Source: Patescibacteria group bacterium (GTDB lineage: Bacteria; Patescibacteriota; Minisyncoccia; Phycocordibacterales; CSBR16-119). Taken from it: 57,130 nt of DNA. Positions 10,434 to 20,921 of this stretch are shown piece by piece; position 1 is the first letter of the stretch, and every line of letters starts with the position of its first letter. The notes under the pieces were generated by a model. That model was not told where the DNA came from. It worked only from the letters and a program-made list of their open reading frames with translations, and did not search any database. A program made the translations under genes and the position numbers. The stretch is from contig JAUPTX010000004.1 of assembly GCA_030917865.1 (NCBI GenBank), forward strand, positions 1 through 57,130, written 5' to 3'.

Positions 10434-11165
10434 ATGAAGTTTTTACCGACAGTTTTAGATAAAACAATCAAAAGACCAGGGAACGATTCTGGAAAAGATC
10501 AGCACTTAGTTCCTGATCCTGAATATTCTGAATTCTGGGAAGCTTTTTATAAATCTCTTCGAAGTAAATTTAATTTTTCTGCGCCGGTTTTAGGTTTTGA
10601 AGAAAAAATCAACCCATACTTTGGATATTTTGGATACAGATTTCATCCTCACAAAAAAGAGCCAAAATATTTTCATTTGGGTGTAGACATAACAGACAAA
10701 TCAAAAACACCCATTTATCCTATTTTAGACGGAGTTTTGGAATATTCTGGTTTTGGAATTGTGAACGGAAATTATGTTTTCTTGTCCCACGACGAGGTAA
10801 AAACAGAAGATGGGCTAAAGCTTTACAGTTTGTATATGCACTTAAAAAGTCCGAGCGTTAAATTTTCTTCTTATGAAAAAATGTTAAGACAGATAAGTTT
10901 TAACCATTATCCGCAGATTAAAATTTCTAAAAATCAGACAATTGGTCTAATGGGTAGTACTGGTAATTCTGAGGGTGTACACGTGCATTTGCATTTACAG
11001 CTCGAATTGCGTGATGAAAAGGGAAATATTGTTGTGATAGATCCTTGTGAAGTTTTCGGCGTGTCGTCTTTTGCGAATCTGTCAGCAAGTATTTTAACAG
11101 AAGAAGATTTTGAAAAATTTAAAGAAGAAAACAAAGAAGGCCTTAAAAAATTTAAGATTGATTAG
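10434..11165 (+). CDS. M23 family metallopeptidase
   Basis: FHLGVDI, YMHL, IGLMGSTGNSEGVHVHLH. Confidence 0.88.
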   Translation: MKFLPTVLDKTIKRPGNDSGKDQHLVPDPEYSEFWEAFYKSLRSKFNFSAPVLGFEEKINPYFGYFGYRFHPHKKEPKYFHLGVDITDKSKTPIYPILDGVLEYSGFGIVNGNYVFLSHDEVKTEDGLKLYSLYMHLKSPSVKFSSYEKMLRQISFNHYPQIKISKNQTIGLMGSTGNSEGVHVHLHLQLELRDEKGNIVVIDPCEVFGVSSFANLSASILTEEDFEKFKEENKEGLKKFKID

Positions 11166-11181
11166 AAGTATTTAAAAAAAT

Positions 11182-11217
11182 AAAAGAACCCTCACTCTTT
11201 TGAGTGCGGGTTCTTTT
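11182..11217. terminator. Hairpin overlapping stop codon of unit 3
   Basis: aaaagaaccc-tcactc-tttt-gagtg-c-gggttctttt. Confidence 0.65.
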
Positions 11218-11536
11218 CGATGCAGACGGCTATCTTCTGGCTGTGTTGGTAACGCTTGACCTCGGTTGTTTGACCCAAGATCACAAAGACTTTAAAGTTT
11301 CTATTGAAGTGGTAGAGCTCTCTCTTCACCATCTCAATGGAAATTTGCTCGTCTCTTTTCGGTGTTTCCACTGGTGGCCACAGAAGCTTGTTACCATAAT
11401 CAAATTCAAATTCAAAAAGTACTATGTATTCTTTTGTGGGTTTTGAAACCACTTCATATTTCTGAGATGTTCCACTTTTTACATCTCCGATAAATGCTGC
11501 GTCTGAAAGAGCTTTGTTCGGTATGATCTTTTTCAT
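11192..11536 (-). CDS. Orphan protein (cassette-type unit 3)
   Basis: Probable start MKKIIPNK at 11536 after leader aaacaaaaacataacccag; GC-richer than neighbours. Confidence 0.65.
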   Translation of the reverse strand: MKKIIPNKALSDAAFIGDVKSGTSQKYEVVSKPTKEYIVLFEFEFDYGNKLLWPPVETPKRDEQISIEMVKRELYHFNRNFKVFVILGQTTEVKRYQHSQKIAVCIEKNPHSKE

Positions 11537-11617
11537 CTGGGTTATGTTTTTGTTTATAAAATACCATAAAAACATCATTTTTCCTAGTTGTTTACATGTG
11601 CTATAATCCCCTTACTT

Positions 11618-12631
11618 ATGGGATTTTTTAATAAAAAGCTTGGTATTGATCTTGGGACCGCTAACACTTTGGTGTTTTTACCTGGAAAGGGAATTGTTCT
11701 AAACGAGCCAGCGGTGGTTGCTGTTTCTGAGCAAGACAACAAGATTTTAGCTATTGGTATTGAAGCAAAGCAGATGATTGGTCGTACTCCCGACAATATC
11801 ATCGCGTATCGTCCGATGAAAGACGGTGTGATTGCAGACTATCGTGTCACAGAGGCGATGCTACGGTATTTTATGAACAAGGCTTTGGGTGGATTTAGTT
11901 TGATAAAGCCAGAAGTGATGATTTCTGTTCCTGCTGGTGTGACTTCTACAGAACGTAGAGCGGTAGTAGAGGCTGCAATAAAAGCTGGGGCAAAAAATGC
12001 ATATGTTGTGAAAGAGCCTATCTTGGCTGCTATTGGTGCTGGTATCCCTATTCATGAATCAAAAGGTCATATGGTTGTTGATATTGGTGGCGGTACTACA
12101 GACGTGGCGGTGATTTCTCTTGGGGGTATAGTGGCTGCGAACTCTGTTAAATGCGCTGGAAATAAAATAGATCATGCTATAGCTGACTATATTAAAAAGA
12201 CTTTTAACTTGGCTATTGGTGACAGAACAGCAGAACAGGTAAAAATTAAAATCGGCTCTGCTATTCCTATGGAAGAACCTTTGGTTGCGACCATAAAAGG
12301 TCGAGACTTTGTTCAAGGTCTTCCTCGGACTGCTCGAATCACTACAAACGAGGTCGCTCAAGCTATTGATAAAGAATTAAAGTTGATCATAAAAGCCATA
12401 AAAGACGTATTGCAAGAAACTCCACCAGAGCTCGCTTCTGATATAATAGATCAAGGGATAATCATGACAGGTGGTTCCTCTATGCTTAGAAATTTACCAG
12501 AGCTTGTTTACAGAAGAACAGGAGTTAAGGCTCGTTTGGCAGAAGATCCGCTTTTTTGTGTTGTGAAGGGTACGGGTATCGCATTAAATCACCTAGAGAC
12601 ATACAAACGTTCGATTATCTCAAAACGTTAA
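11618..12631 (+). CDS. mreB: Rod shape-determining protein MreB
   Basis: GIDLGTANT, PMKDGVIAD, VDIGGGTTD, MTGGSSMLR. Confidence 0.97.
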   Translation: MGFFNKKLGIDLGTANTLVFLPGKGIVLNEPAVVAVSEQDNKILAIGIEAKQMIGRTPDNIIAYRPMKDGVIADYRVTEAMLRYFMNKALGGFSLIKPEVMISVPAGVTSTERRAVVEAAIKAGAKNAYVVKEPILAAIGAGIPIHESKGHMVVDIGGGTTDVAVISLGGIVAANSVKCAGNKIDHAIADYIKKTFNLAIGDRTAEQVKIKIGSAIPMEEPLVATIKGRDFVQGLPRTARITTNEVAQAIDKELKLIIKAIKDVLQETPPELASDIIDQGIIMTGGSSMLRNLPELVYRRTGVKARLAEDPLFCVVKGTGIALNHLETYKRSIISKR

Positions 12632-12632
12632 A

Positions 12633-13304
12633 ATGAAAATAAATTTAAATAAAGAAAATCTACACCATGCGTATCTTTTACGTGGTGGAGAAAATACTAT
12701 ACCTTCTTTGTATGATTTTTTTGAAAGTATGGATTTTAAAGTTGTTCAAAATCCAGACCTTTTAGTTAAAAACACAGAAACTTTTTCAATAGACGACGCC
12801 AGAGCGGTAAAAGATTTTCAGCTACAAAAGTCTTCATTAGGTGGCAAGAAATTTATAATTATCGTCACAAAATATTTTTCTCATCCTGCTCAACATGCGA
12901 TGTTAAAAGTTTTAGAAGAACCAGCGAGTGACGTTCATTTTTTTATTGTCACAAATGAAACTTCTGTTCTTTTACCTACACTTAAATCAAGACTTATAAC
13001 CATCGATTCAGAAGAAGGAGAAGACGAGACTGTTTTGAAGGATGTTAAAGCTTTTATAAAAGGTGAAAAGGAAGAAAGATTAAAAGTCGTCGCAGCTATT
13101 GTGAAAAGATTTGAAAAGGAAGAAACGAGTATTCCTTTAAAGTCTTATGCTTCTTCTTTTTTGAATTTATTAGAAAAAGAAGTCGCGACTCACGAAGATA
13201 AATCTAGTTTTGATATTTTGTTTTTGTATAAAGTTAAAGACTATATTCACGATCAGGGCTCTTCGGTGAAAAATCTTTTAGAAACGTTGGCGCTGACTTT
13301 TTAA
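12633..13304 (+). CDS. holB: DNA polymerase III delta' subunit-like
   Basis: HHAYLL, AQHAMLKVLEEP, LLPTLKSR. Confidence 0.85.
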   Translation: MKINLNKENLHHAYLLRGGENTIPSLYDFFESMDFKVVQNPDLLVKNTETFSIDDARAVKDFQLQKSSLGGKKFIIIVTKYFSHPAQHAMLKVLEEPASDVHFFIVTNETSVLLPTLKSRLITIDSEEGEDETVLKDVKAFIKGEKEERLKVVAAIVKRFEKEETSIPLKSYASSFLNLLEKEVATHEDKSSFDILFLYKVKDYIHDQGSSVKNLLETLALTF

Positions 13305-13327
13305 TAAAAATTTGTTAATATATTTCC

Positions 13328-13882
13328 ATGACATACAATTTCAATTCTTTCAAAGAAGATTTACAAAAAGTCACAGAGTGGCTTAAAAAAGAGTACAACG
13401 CGCTACATACAGGCCAGGCGAGTCCTTCTGTTTTAGACGGTATTTTTGTTAACTCATATGGCACAAAACAGCCTGTTAAAAACGTGGCATCTATTTCCTT
13501 AGAAGATCCTCGAACCCTGCGAGTCGTTCCTTGGGACAAAAGCCAACTAAAAGAAATAGAAAACGGAATTTTGCTTGCAGATATTGGTCTTTCTGTTGCG
13601 ACAGACGATGCGGGACTGCGTGTTATTTTTCCTCAACTTACAGGAGAAACAAGAGAAAAATTGGTTAAAGTTCTAAAAGCGAAACTAGAGGACGCTCGTG
13701 TTTCTGTTAGAAAAGAAAGAGAAGCGATAATGAAAGATATTGAATCTAAAAAAGATGGAAGTGGATTTTCAGAAGATGATATTAAATTCGCTAAAGCCGA
13801 AGCTCAAAAGTTTGTCGACGAAACAAATAAATCTCTAGAACAAATCTTTTCTGATAAAGAAGCGATAGTTTTAGGTAAATAA
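13328..13882 (+). CDS. frr: Ribosome recycling factor
   Basis: HTGQASPSVLD, PWDKS, FPQLTGETRE, ARVSVR. Confidence 0.95.
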   Translation: MTYNFNSFKEDLQKVTEWLKKEYNALHTGQASPSVLDGIFVNSYGTKQPVKNVASISLEDPRTLRVVPWDKSQLKEIENGILLADIGLSVATDDAGLRVIFPQLTGETREKLVKVLKAKLEDARVSVRKEREAIMKDIESKKDGSGFSEDDIKFAKAEAQKFVDETNKSLEQIFSDKEAIVLGK

Positions 13883-14976
13883 TGTCTATTTTAATTTTTA
13901 TATTAATATTGGCTGTTTTAATCGTTGTTCACGAGTACGGTCATTTTATTTTTGCGAAAAAATGGGGTGTTAGGGTAGACGAGTTTGGGCTTGGTTATCC
14001 TCCACGCGCGAAAACCCTTTTTAAAAGAAAGGGAACAATCTTCACTTTAAACTGGATACCTTTTGGTGGATTTGTGAAAATATTTGGTGAAAGCGCCACA
14101 GAAAAACCTCTAACAGAAGAAGAAAAAAAAGTTTCTTTGGTTGGTAAATCAAAGTTCGCACAGGGGACTATAATGTTCGCTGGCCCTTTGTTTAACTTTA
14201 TTTTTGCTTGGATGATTATTTTAGCAACTATACTTATAGGTTTACCATCTGCTGCCACAGAAGATAATAGAGAATTTATAAGAGATGTTAAAACTGTTAT
14301 TGTAGATGTTTTGCCAAATTCTCCGGCAGAAATAGCTGGTGTTGAAGTTGGGGATCAAGTCAGAGGGATTTCTTTTAATGAAAATACTTTTTTGCCGGTT
14401 CAAGATATAAATATTGCTGAAGAACTTAAAAAATCTGATACTGAAGTTGTATTGTTAGAAATAACAAAAAATAAAGAAACTTCTATCAAAGAAATTAATT
14501 TAGCAGACTTCACTGTTGATGGAGAAAAAAAGATAGGAATTGGTTTCCAAGAAGTTGGTATTTATGAGCCGCCTTTTTTCAGAGGTTTTGTCGAAAGTTT
14601 CCATGTAACTGGAAAAATGATTAAAGATATTGCTTTTGGGCTGATAAATCTTATTGCTGATGCGGTCAAAGGTCGGGCAGACGTATCTAGTCTTACTGGT
14701 CCTGTGGGAATAGTTTCTTTAGTTGGTGATGCAAGTAGTCTTGGTTTTGTTTATTTACTTACTTTTATTGCTCTAATTTCAATAAATCTTGGAGTTATAA
14801 ATCTCATACCTTTTCCAGCTTTGGACGGTGGAAGAATACTATTTTTGTTTGTAGAAGCTATTATTCGAAGACCTATAAATACAAAAGTTGCTAATGGTCT
14901 AAATTCTATAGGTTTTATACTTCTGATAACTTTGATGCTTTTTATAACTTTTAGGGACGTAATACGCCTATTTTAA
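13882..14976 (+). CDS. rseP: Site-2 zinc metalloprotease RseP (M50)
   Basis: HEYGH, PFGGFV, AGPLFN, NLIPFPALDGG, PDZ domain. Confidence 0.95.
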   Translation: MSILIFILILAVLIVVHEYGHFIFAKKWGVRVDEFGLGYPPRAKTLFKRKGTIFTLNWIPFGGFVKIFGESATEKPLTEEEKKVSLVGKSKFAQGTIMFAGPLFNFIFAWMIILATILIGLPSAATEDNREFIRDVKTVIVDVLPNSPAEIAGVEVGDQVRGISFNENTFLPVQDINIAEELKKSDTEVVLLEITKNKETSIKEINLADFTVDGEKKIGIGFQEVGIYEPPFFRGFVESFHVTGKMIKDIAFGLINLIADAVKGRADVSSLTGPVGIVSLVGDASSLGFVYLLTFIALISINLGVINLIPFPALDGGRILFLFVEAIIRRPINTKVANGLNSIGFILLITLMLFITFRDVIRLF

Positions 14977-15051
14977 GACCCTTTGTAAAATTTGACATTG
15001 TTTTATAATAATGATAGAATGATTTCACTTTATAGTTAAAGTTAATTAGTT

Positions 15052-16083
15052 ATGGCAATTATTTCATTCAGACCAAAGCATGTAAGCAAGAAGCTTCTGT
15101 CTGTCCTAAAAGACCGTTCGCTCGATATTATCGCGAACAGATATGGTCTTTCAGAGGATTCGACAAGAAAAACTCTTGAAGCTATAGGTCAAAAATATGG
15201 CATTACACGAGAACGTGTAAGACAAATAGAAAATGCTGCATTGGCAGCTATTAGAAAATCAGATGTGATGAAAGAACACGAAGGTGTCTTTAAGGAGCTC
15301 GAAGATCTAATGAAATCTTTAGGTGTTGTTGTTCACGAAGATGAACTTTTATCGCATATTTCTGATGATCCATCAATCCAAAATCACATAAATTTCTATT
15401 TGGTTTTAGGTGAAGCATTTAATCAACACAAAGAAGACGAAAACTTTAAAACAAGATGGGCGCTAAGAAACGAACTTGTAAACAAAGTTGAAGAAGCTCT
15501 TAAAAATCTTTACAAAACTCTAGACACAGATGAACTTGTACAAGAATCTGAAATGATAAATCGTTTCTTGCAAGAAATAAAAGATATTTCTGACGAACAC
15601 AGAGATGAAGAGCTTTTAAGAAGATGGTTAAAACTTTCAAAGAAAGTTGCTAAAAATCCTCTTAATGAATGGGGAAGAGCTGAATCTAAAAATGTTAAAA
15701 CAAGAGGTGTTAAAGATTATACTTTCTTAGTTTTAAGAAAGCATGGAGAACCAATGCACTTTAAAGAAGTTGCTGAAGCCATAACTAAAACTTTCGGCAA
15801 AAAAACTCTAGCCGCTACAACTCACAACGAGCTTATCAAAGATCCAAGATTCGTTTTGGTTGGAAGAGGAAAATACGCTCTACGAGAATGGGGATATAAG
15901 CCAGGAATCGTAAGAGATGTTATCAAAGAAATTCTTCTTGCAAATGGCCCAATGACAAAAGACGAAGTTGTTGACGCTGTTCTAAAAGAAAGATTTTTAA
16001 AGAGAAATACTATTTTGGTAAATCTTCAAAACTCAAAATATTTCAAAAAATTAGCTGATGGAAAATACACAGTAGCTAAATAA
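15052..16083 (+). CDS. Sigma-70 region 4 HTH fused to RNAP delta/HARE-type winged HTH
   Basis: TLEAIGQKYGITRERVRQIE; C-terminal GEPMHFKEVA..HNELIKDPRFVLVGRGKYALREW. Confidence 0.8.
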   Translation: MAIISFRPKHVSKKLLSVLKDRSLDIIANRYGLSEDSTRKTLEAIGQKYGITRERVRQIENAALAAIRKSDVMKEHEGVFKELEDLMKSLGVVVHEDELLSHISDDPSIQNHINFYLVLGEAFNQHKEDENFKTRWALRNELVNKVEEALKNLYKTLDTDELVQESEMINRFLQEIKDISDEHRDEELLRRWLKLSKKVAKNPLNEWGRAESKNVKTRGVKDYTFLVLRKHGEPMHFKEVAEAITKTFGKKTLAATTHNELIKDPRFVLVGRGKYALREWGYKPGIVRDVIKEILLANGPMTKDEVVDAVLKERFLKRNTILVNLQNSKYFKKLADGKYTVAK

Positions 16084-16086
16084 CAA

Positions 16087-16112
16087 AATTCCCACCCTAA
16101 GGTGGGATTTTT
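16087..16112 (+). terminator. Intrinsic terminator
   Basis: aattcccacc-ctaa-ggtgggattttt. Confidence 0.7.
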
Positions 16113-16128
16113 GTTGTATAATGGTTTT

Positions 16129-16602
16129 GTGAAGAAAACTTTAATCACAATAGAATTATTCCTGACTCTTTTGGTTGTACTTTTGTTTGGTTTTTTGCTT
16201 TTTATTTTTACAAATAAAAAAATAGACAATAATGCCGTTTCTATTAGTCCAGTTGATACAAGCGAGCTTTATTGTGGTATTGCTGTGACGACACCAAATA
16301 TTGAAGATTCTGTGGTTTTACCCATCAGAGTTAGTGGCTATATAAACGGTTGTGGTTGGGAGCCTTATTTAAACTATGTTGCTACGCTAAAAATATTTGA
16401 TGAAGAAAATAAAATGGTTGGTCGTCCGATTATTATTCAGAAAAAGCCTGTTAGTTCTTCGCCTGTGTCGTATCAGTTTGATTTTGAAATAAAGACATTG
16501 CCTGTCTCAAATGAAAAAGTTTATCTAAAGTTTTATAATTTTAGTGTTTTTGAAAAGGAATACACTCTGCCTGTAAATTTATCCTCAGGGGTTGGCGAGT
16601 AA
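16129..16602 (+). CDS. Membrane-anchored exported protein (Ig-like beta domain)
   Basis: N-terminal TM; probable GTG start after TATAAT at 16117. Confidence 0.65.
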   Translation: MKKTLITIELFLTLLVVLLFGFLLFIFTNKKIDNNAVSISPVDTSELYCGIAVTTPNIEDSVVLPIRVSGYINGCGWEPYLNYVATLKIFDEENKMVGRPIIIQKKPVSSSPVSYQFDFEIKTLPVSNEKVYLKFYNFSVFEKEYTLPVNLSSGVGE

Positions 16603-16632
16603 AACCAAAAATAATTTAGTATTATATATAAT

Positions 16633-17862
16633 ATGGATTTAGAACCATTTCTAGTTGTATTTAAAAAAGTTCCAGAAATTTTAGCCAAAACCGCAAAGTT
16701 TTGGATACCAATTTCTTTACTGTATCTTGGCTGGAAACTTTGGGTTTCTTATGTAAGAGAGCAATGGCTTTCTTCTGTTAAATGGGTATTGCTAGAGATT
16801 CGAGTACCTAAAGAAGTTTTTAAATCTCCAGCTGCGATGGAGCTCGCACTTTCAAATGCATTATCTCAAGGTGGAGGTGTTGGAAACAATTATCAAATGT
16901 ATTGGCAAGGTAGAGTCATCAACTGGTTTTCTTTGGAGATTGTTTCTTTAGGTGGTGAAATACACTTTCTAATCAGAACTCCAGCAGGATTTCGTAGAAT
17001 AATAGAAACACAAATTTATGCTCAGTATCCACAAGCTGAGATTTTCGAAGTTTCTGACTACGTAGAAGAAGCCATAAAAGATATGCACAAAAGAGAATGG
17101 TCTTTGTGGGGCACAGAATTTAAATTAACAAAAGAAGATCCATATCCTATAAAAACTTATGTTGACTACGGTCTCGATAAATCTGTCGGATCTACAGAAG
17201 AGAATCAAAAAATAGACCCTATAACTCCGATGATAGAGTGGATGGGCGCCATTGGCCCAAACGAACAAGTTTGGTTTCAGATTGTAGTTCGTGTTTCAAA
17301 GTGGACATACAGAAAGCCTGGACTTATGGGTGGGTATACTGACTACCAGCAAAAGACAAAAGATATTCTAAAAGAATTGAAAGAAAAATTTGAGCCAACA
17401 GGAGACGATCAGTTTAAACGCTTGGCAATGACAGAAGAAGACAAGATGGCTATTTCTGCAATAAACAGAACTTTAAACAAACAAGGTTTTGATTGCGGTA
17501 TAAGAGCAATATACCTCGCACCGAAAGAAAATTTTGATGGTATGAATATTACCGGTCTTACTGGAATAATGAAGCAATACAATTCTTTTACTTTAAATGG
17601 ATTTAAGCCTGATAATACAACAGACGTTACTTATCCTTGGCAAGACCCAACTGGTGTTAAAAAAGTTCAAAAGAAAAGAGAAATGCTCGACGCTTACGCA
17701 CAAAGGTCATGGTTTTATCCACCTTATGTTAGGCCGCATTTTGTGTTAACATCTGAAGAGCTTGCGACTATATTCCACTTTCCTGGACGAGTTTCTGAGA
17801 CTCCAAGCTTGGGCAGAATAGAATCAAACAAATCTGAACCACCAACAAATCTGCCAATTTAA
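16633..17862 (+). CDS. Conserved CPR-type membrane protein of unknown function
   Basis: TM, WVLLEIRVPKE, FSLEIVS, QIYAQYP.AEI, EELATIFHFP, a pattern seen in Parcubacteria hypothetical proteins. Confidence 0.75.
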   Translation: MDLEPFLVVFKKVPEILAKTAKFWIPISLLYLGWKLWVSYVREQWLSSVKWVLLEIRVPKEVFKSPAAMELALSNALSQGGGVGNNYQMYWQGRVINWFSLEIVSLGGEIHFLIRTPAGFRRIIETQIYAQYPQAEIFEVSDYVEEAIKDMHKREWSLWGTEFKLTKEDPYPIKTYVDYGLDKSVGSTEENQKIDPITPMIEWMGAIGPNEQVWFQIVVRVSKWTYRKPGLMGGYTDYQQKTKDILKELKEKFEPTGDDQFKRLAMTEEDKMAISAINRTLNKQGFDCGIRAIYLAPKENFDGMNITGLTGIMKQYNSFTLNGFKPDNTTDVTYPWQDPTGVKKVQKKREMLDAYAQRSWFYPPYVRPHFVLTSEELATIFHFPGRVSETPSLGRIESNKSEPPTNLPI

Positions 17863-17865
17863 TTT

Positions 17866-18852
17866 ATGCATATTGATTATAGAAAACCTCAAAATAAATT
17901 AGGATTAAAACAAAAGATGCTGATAGTGACAGGTCTTTTAGTTTTGATAGTATCTCTTGCTTTTGGTGTATTTTTTGCTGCGCCTGCAAACTTTCCAAAG
18001 GGTGAAATTATAGAAATAGAAAAAGGAAAAAGTTTAGTAGAAGTCTCTGAATTTTTAAAAGAGAAAGGTGTTATTAAATTCCCGAGAGCGCTCGATGCTT
18101 TTGTAATTATCTTTGGTGGCGATAAAAGCGTTGTTGCCGGTGACTATTCTTTTGAAAGACCAATAACTGTTTTTGAGGTTGCTCATAGAATTATAAACGG
18201 AATACACGGAATAGATACTGTTAGAATAAAAATACCTGAAGGTGCTACTCGTGAAGAAATTGCTGATATTTATGAAGAAGAGCTTTTAAATTTTGATAAA
18301 GACGAATTTTTAAGAGTCACAAAAGATTTAGAAGGTTATCTTTTTCCAGACACTTATATATTTTTTGAAACAGTTAGAACTGGCGATGTGATAGAAAAGA
18401 TGCTTTCAACTTTTGATGAAAAAGTTGCACCTTTAATGTCAGATATTGAAAAGTCAGGAAAGACTCTTGAAGATATTGTGACAATGGCGTCTATTATTCA
18501 AAAAGAAGCTTATAATATTTATCTTGAGCAACAAACGATTTCAGGAATTCTTTGGAAGAGAATTGATAAAAAAATGAGACTTCAGGTGGATGCAACTTTA
18601 AAATATATAACAGGAAGAGGTTCAGCTAAACTTACAAGGGCAGATCTTGCGATGGAGCACGACTATAACACATATAGGATTTACGGTCTGCCTCCCGGCC
18701 CGATAGGTTCTCCTTCTTTAAAGACAATCAGAGCAGCTCTTTATCCTGTTTCATCTCCGTACTTTTATTATCTTCATGATGATTCAGGGCAAATATATTA
18801 TGCTGTTACGCACGATGATCACGTTAGAAACAAAGACAAATATTTAAGATAA
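17866..18852 (+). CDS. mltG: Endolytic transglycosylase MltG
   Basis: LEGYLFPDTY, MASIIQKEA, LQVDAT, YNTY..GLPPGPIGSP. Confidence 0.95.
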   Translation: MHIDYRKPQNKLGLKQKMLIVTGLLVLIVSLAFGVFFAAPANFPKGEIIEIEKGKSLVEVSEFLKEKGVIKFPRALDAFVIIFGGDKSVVAGDYSFERPITVFEVAHRIINGIHGIDTVRIKIPEGATREEIADIYEEELLNFDKDEFLRVTKDLEGYLFPDTYIFFETVRTGDVIEKMLSTFDEKVAPLMSDIEKSGKTLEDIVTMASIIQKEAYNIYLEQQTISGILWKRIDKKMRLQVDATLKYITGRGSAKLTRADLAMEHDYNTYRIYGLPPGPIGSPSLKTIRAALYPVSSPYFYYLHDDSGQIYYAVTHDDHVRNKDKYLR

Positions 18853-18853
18853 A

Positions 18854-19399
18854 ATGAAAAACAATAACTTAGCATTCGTAGATATAGAGACAACAGGATT
18901 TAATCCGGACAAACACGAAATTATTGAAATCGGTTTAGTTTTGGTAAAGCAAATAGGTGATGAAGGAAAAAAGTTTGAGATATTAGAAGAAGTGGAGCTT
19001 AAAATAAAACCAGAAAGAATAGAAGATGCTGATCCACAAGCTCTTAAAGTAAATGGCTATGAACCAAGTCAGTGGATTTTTGCTAATACTTTAAAAGAAG
19101 CAATGACTATTTTTGCCAAGAAAACAGAAGGTGCGATTTTCACAGCTCATAATTTAACTTTTGACTACTCTTTTATTGACCACGCTTTTAAGAAAACAGA
19201 AATTGAAAACAAAATGTTTTATCCAAAACTCGACACTATATCTGTTGCTTATGCAAAATTACACGCAAATCCTCAGATAGATAAATTTAGACTTCAAAAA
19301 CTTTGTGAATATTTTGGTATTAAAAACGAACGTGCACATACAGCTCTTGCAGATGCAAAAGCTACATTTTTGGTTTACGAAAAATTAATGAATTTGTAA
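18854..19399 (+). CDS. DEDDh 3'-5' exonuclease (DnaQ-like)
   Basis: FVDIETTG, AHNLTFD, AHTALADA. Confidence 0.9.
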   Translation: MKNNNLAFVDIETTGFNPDKHEIIEIGLVLVKQIGDEGKKFEILEEVELKIKPERIEDADPQALKVNGYEPSQWIFANTLKEAMTIFAKKTEGAIFTAHNLTFDYSFIDHAFKKTEIENKMFYPKLDTISVAYAKLHANPQIDKFRLQKLCEYFGIKNERAHTALADAKATFLVYEKLMNL

Positions 19400-19428
19400 A
19401 TAAATCTACCTCGTGTTAGATTTCAGAC

Positions 19429-20481
19429 GTGAAAAACAATAAGACAATTTTTGTTGGTGTTTCTGGCGGAGTGGACAGCTCCGTGTCTTTGGCTATTTTA
19501 AAAGACGAAGGATATAACGTTGTTGGGTGTTTTATAAAAACCTGGCAACCAGATTTTGTCGAATGTACCTGGAAAGACGAAAGACGTGACGCTATGCGGA
19601 TATGTGCAAAGCTCGGCGTGCCATTTTTGACTATTGATGCAGAAAAAGAATACCGCGACGCCGTTGGTATGTATATGGTTAACGAATACAAGGCTGGTAG
19701 AACACCTAACCCGGATGTAATGTGCAACAAAGAAGTAAAGTTCGGTGTGTTTTTGAAAAAAGCTAAAGAATTGGGTGCAGATTTTGTAGCCACAGGGCAC
19801 TATGCGAGAACAAAAGACGGTATACTTTTAAAAGGGGTTGATGATTCAAAAGATCAAAGTTATTTCCTTTGGACTCTTACAAAAGAAGAGCTTTCTAAAA
19901 TAAAGTTCCCGGTTGGTGGTTTACAGAAAAGTGAAGTTAGAAAAATTGCTAAAAAGTATGGGCTTTTAACAGCTGAGAAAAAAGACTCGCAAGGTGTTTG
20001 TTTTTTAGGGCCGATAGATATGAAAGATTTTTTGTCTCACTATATTGAGATTAACAAGGGAGAAGTCTTGGATATTTCAGGAAAGGTGATTGGTGAACAC
20101 GACGGTGCACTTTTTTACACACTTGGTGAAAGACACGGATTTACAATAACTAGCAAGACAACAAATGATAAAAGATTCTATGTTGTTAAAAGAGACCTTG
20201 ATAAAAATACAATAACTGTTTCGGATGATTTTGATCAGTTGCTAGGTGGGAGTGATAATAAAAAAATAAAATTAAAAAACGTAAATTGGAATGTTTCAAT
20301 TTCTAAAAATAAAATTTACGAAGCTCGCACTAGATATAGGCAAAAATTAGAGACGTGTCAGATAGAAGGCGATTTTGTGTTTTTTCAAAACCCACAAAAA
20401 TTTGTTGCGCCTGGTCAGTCGTTGGTTGTTTATGATGTAGATGTTTGTGTTGGCGGGGGAATTATTGACAGTAATTTATAA
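19429..20481 (+). CDS. mnmA: tRNA 2-thiouridylase MnmA
   Basis: SGGVDS, TPNPDVMCN, ATGHY, KDQSYFL, DSQGVCF, PGQSLV. Confidence 0.97.
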   Translation: MKNNKTIFVGVSGGVDSSVSLAILKDEGYNVVGCFIKTWQPDFVECTWKDERRDAMRICAKLGVPFLTIDAEKEYRDAVGMYMVNEYKAGRTPNPDVMCNKEVKFGVFLKKAKELGADFVATGHYARTKDGILLKGVDDSKDQSYFLWTLTKEELSKIKFPVGGLQKSEVRKIAKKYGLLTAEKKDSQGVCFLGPIDMKDFLSHYIEINKGEVLDISGKVIGEHDGALFYTLGERHGFTITSKTTNDKRFYVVKRDLDKNTITVSDDFDQLLGGSDNKKIKLKNVNWNVSISKNKIYEARTRYRQKLETCQIEGDFVFFQNPQKFVAPGQSLVVYDVDVCVGGGIIDSNL

Positions 20482-20492
20482 AGTGGTATAAT
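20465..20492 (+). promoter_or_regulatory. Consensus sigma70 promoter of unit 4, embedded in the mnmA 3' end
   Basis: TTGACA-N16-TATAAT. Confidence 0.85.
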
Positions 20493-20527
20493 GGTGAATG
20501 GATGCACAAACCACATCTACCAAACCC

Positions 20528-20689
20528 ATGCCACGGAAGAAAAAGAAGGATCCGATCCTGACCCAGCCTATTAAGGCGGGTAAGAAGGCTATCAAGGTTC
20601 GCCTTGATTCCCGAACCATCATCACTGTCGCCAACGAGAAGATCCTCGAATTCTGGCGTCAGCGTTACCCGAAACTGGAGGTACTTTAA
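20528..20689 (+). CDS. Small basic orphan protein (unit 4a)
   Basis: Probable start MPRKKKK after leader cacaaaccacatctaccaaaccc (alternative start 20498); GC-rich codons. Confidence 0.7.
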   Translation: MPRKKKKDPILTQPIKAGKKAIKVRLDSRTIITVANEKILEFWRQRYPKLEVL

Positions 20690-20700
20690 GATCTGCTAAA

Positions 20701-20901
20701 ATGGGAAAGAAGACCGGATTAAAACCACTTGTCTCCAACATGTTGGGGTACACCCCGGAGCGTGACCATCACGTTTTACCTGAGCCTGTTGTCAAAGATG
20801 CTATTCGCATCATAGGACCTGGTATAGAGGTGATGGTCCGTAAACCCCAGAAGGTTGCGGAAATCCTGGAGAGATATCCAGGATCTCGAGTGGTGAAGTA
20901 A
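20701..20901 (+). CDS. Small orphan protein (unit 4b), similar C-terminus to 4a
   Basis: Ends ILERYPGSRVVK versus FWRQRYPKLEVL in 4a. Confidence 0.65.
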   Translation: MGKKTGLKPLVSNMLGYTPERDHHVLPEPVVKDAIRIIGPGIEVMVRKPQKVAEILERYPGSRVVK

Positions 20902-20921
20902 TAACCAGGGGAAATACCCCG

